Of a stretch of 25,708 nt of DNA, positions 22,920-25,708 are shown piece after piece; within the stretch, counting starts at the first letter, position 1, and every line of letters starts with the position of its first letter. A model generated the notes under the pieces. The model ran no database searches and was not told where the DNA came from. It saw only the letters and a program-made list of their open reading frames with translations. The DNA comes from Ginkgo biloba. Taxonomy: Eukaryota; Plantae; Ginkgophyta. The stretch is from NCBI GenBank assembly GCA_024626585.2, contig JANKJI020000004.1:152883185-152908892 (forward strand), in the 5' to 3' direction. The translations under genes were made by a program, and so were the position numbers.

Positions 22920-23062
22920 CAACAACTACGAACTAGTTATGACCAACAACTACAAACTAGTTGCGACCTACCACTACGAGCAGGTTACGATTGACAATTA
23001 GGACAAGGTTGCGACTAACAACTAGAACGTGATTGCAATCCATAACTAGAACATGCTGCAAC
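22920..23062. repeat. Degenerate 24-bp minisatellite, 6 copies
   Basis: Units: caacaactacgaactagttatgac / caacaactacaaactagttgcgac / ctaccactacgagcaggttacgat / tgacaattaggacaaggttgcgac / taacaactagaacgtgattgcaat / ccataactagaacatgctgcaac. Confidence 0.85.
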
Positions 23063-25708
23063 CAATGTACAAAATACAAGGGGTCAATTACCTAGCATAC
23101 AATGAACACAAGCCTCTATAGATGGCAGTGGAGAATTATAGCATTCTCCTTATCCTTGACCCTATTTCTAGAATGTCCCTTGAATAAGATACGTGGGGCT
23201 ACTACTACAATCTATCTAGAACTAGAAAACTAACCAATGCAGTATGGGTTAGTTAACTATCAACCAAAATCCGAGTTAGTACTTTTGGAGTTGATATGCT
23301 ACATTGATCTAAATGAGACATCAAATGATGTTTTTAGGTCCAATTTTTATGTCCAAAAGGTAAGGTTCAACATGCCCCTTAAACCAAGTTTCGTGGGCCT
23401 TGGGGGGATCTTAGCACCATTTAAAGTTTAGCAAATTGTCAAGCATTTTTCATCATAACTTCAACCGACTCAAGATTTGAGACTTCCAATCAACTCACAA
23501 ATAAGTGTGGTACCTAGGAGAATTGGTCAAGGCATTGATTAGGCGTTGAAGTCAAAACCTGTATCAACATGCCGCTAAAATCTACTTTCTACATAGTAAC
23601 GCGGGACATAACACAACAACATCCTCTACATCACAAAGGAAATCGCTTGGTATTTTACACAATGTTCTGTGTTTTGTGGGTAATGTTAGAGACGTTAGAG
23701 TGTGAGGGTCACCTGTAGAACACAAAGTAGACCAATGTTGAAGTTGTCCAAGTCTGTTTTAACCCCCACGATGTGTATCTTGCTTCACAACAGAGAAAAG
23801 CATTAAAACTGATTTTATTCATAAATAATCTTTTGTAAATCCTATCAATGTTTATCTATAGAGTGTAGCAATAATATTAGCCATGGTATAACAGAGTGTA
23901 GCAATGGTTATGTGCATAGTATTAGTGTTTGANNNNNNNNNNNNNNNNNNNNNNNNNNNNNNNNNNNNNNNNNNNNNNNNNNNNNNNNNNNNNNNNNNNN
24001 NNNNNNNNNNNNNNNNNNNNNNNNNNNNNNNNNNNNNNNNNNNNNNNNNNNNNNNNNNNNNNNNNNNNNNNNNNNNNNNNNNNNNNNNNNNNNNNNNNNN
24101 NNNNNNNNNNNNNNNNNNNNNNNNNNNNNNNNNNNNNNNNNNNNNNNNNNNNNNNNNNNNNNNNNNNNNNNNNNNNNNNNNNNNNNNNNNNNNNNNNNNN
24201 NNNNNNNNNNNNNNNNNNNNNNNNNNNNNNNNNNNNNNNNNNNNNNNNNTTAATTCATTAAATGGTGATACATAGTAATAAATGCAGGGGAAAGGCCTCT
24301 CCTCTCACACCAAACCCTAGGCACTTATGCTTACATCTTAGAAGGGTTTTCTCTCTCCTATTTAGAGTTTCTCTCTCTTCATAAATGTTAAATGACATTT
24401 CTTGTATATTGAGGTGTCATAGCCTTAACTTAGGACCCTTCATTTAATGCTAGTTACTACATCATTAATTATCTACATTTAATGCAACTTCAAGATTGTC
24501 ATTGATGCACCATAATTCGCCCTAATTAATGTGCCTTGAAGGGTTGATGCTAGCATCCATAATTGAATTGTTACTTTGTCATTGATGTGTCTTATGCTAA
24601 TGTCATCACTCTTGTATTAATTGTGATTTGTACCTACTACTTTTCTACCATGATTGTTCTATCAATGCAGCTCTTCAATCTGATATACTATATACACTTG
24701 TCTTCATTACGGCTCCTTCAAGAGTTGATGCCATTGCTTGTACTTCTACATTAATGCGACTTCTAACGTTGACATCATGCTTTAATTGTTATTGTCTGAT
24801 ATTAGGGTTGATGCCACTTCCCTTAGATACCACATCATCACTCTTTCATTGATTTCATACTACAACACGATCATGTTGCTTATGTCATCATTTTACATGT
24901 TGCCACATCATCATTTCATACCTCCACACCATGATCATGTTGTTGTGTTATTACTTCGTCATATGTTGCTGTCCAATGTCATAATTAAATCGTGATTTAC
25001 TATAATTGCATCACTATCCATCTTCAATTGTTCATTTCTCCACGTTGACAATATATTTCAAATATCTTGCTAGCATGCATTGTCTTCTTATGAGCTATTG
25101 CCCAAAGAGTGGCTATGTTAGGATTTTAAAACTAGGGCCTTAAGAAGCCCCCAACAGAGTTTAGGGTATATCGCCATTGACATGAACCCTAAACCAATGT
25201 GTTAGTCCAACTCCTTGTCTTACACCTTTGCATAGGATCAATTCCTTGCCCTTGATTACCAATGATGTTGAGGTGTTTGTTTCCATTAAGGTTTGACCCC
25301 AGAGTTCATATGGCATGAATAAAATCCCCCAAGTAGGGTATATATGATGAATCGATATCTTGTTGGCCGTTGTGTGCCAATAAGGATTGATGTCCTTATT
25401 TTTGGCATGATTAATGTGGTGAGCATAGCCCAAATCAATATGTGTGCAGTAAACCTCTACGAGAATGTTTACAAGGTTTAGGGTTTCATGAGGGCATGTG
25501 TATATTATTTTCAACTATGTGCATAAATAAAATGTTGAATGTCCACTAAGTATTTCTATGGCCATTTACATGTATTTAATGTCATTTCAAGGCAAAAAGA
25601 CTTCTACAATGTAAGCAACAAGGCTATTAGGTTTGCCTTATGTTTTCTTAAGCCTATTTCTATTATTAGCATATAGCAATTATAAATGATATAAACAATT
25701 GTAGGTTG

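Noticed and set aside
22920-23062. Possible CRISPR-like array (also 10909-10990)
   Set aside because: Units are contiguous and degenerate with no unique spacers, there are no cas genes, and the context is eukaryotic.
24250-25708. LTR-like, low-complexity AT-rich sequence with short ORFs and an aaaccctag telo-box-like motif
   Set aside because: Probably repeat-derived, but no domain, termini or periodicity could be supported. The motif is single, not a telomeric array.

Overview
AT-rich plant nuclear DNA from a gapped draft assembly (many N runs). The long introns filled with old, decayed transposons suggest a large-genome seed plant, possibly a gymnosperm (inference). The whole window appears to lie inside one minus-strand gene for an oxysterol-binding-protein-related protein (ORP1 family, closest to ORP1D). 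Only its middle is visible: a 100-nt exon (18629-18728) and the exon carrying the FFAT-like motif and the start of the ORD domain (15156-15906). That exon is split by a 100-N gap and carries a duplicated [15 protein letters not shown] motif. The rest is intronic: a decayed Ty3/gypsy element (LTR, PBS, gag, PR, RT, RH, start of IN; 1-5460), two diverged copies of a second LTR-element 5' end, two L1-type LINE remnants, a probable hAT transposase remnant, two tandem decayed kinase-domain fragments resembling PXC3-type LRR receptor kinases, and several short tandem repeats. I found no prokaryote-type system, CRISPR array or RNA gene, and no clear undescribed system. The best leads are the duplicated FFAT-like motif and the intronic kinase pseudogene pair. 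All family assignments come from motif recognition by eye, not database searches.
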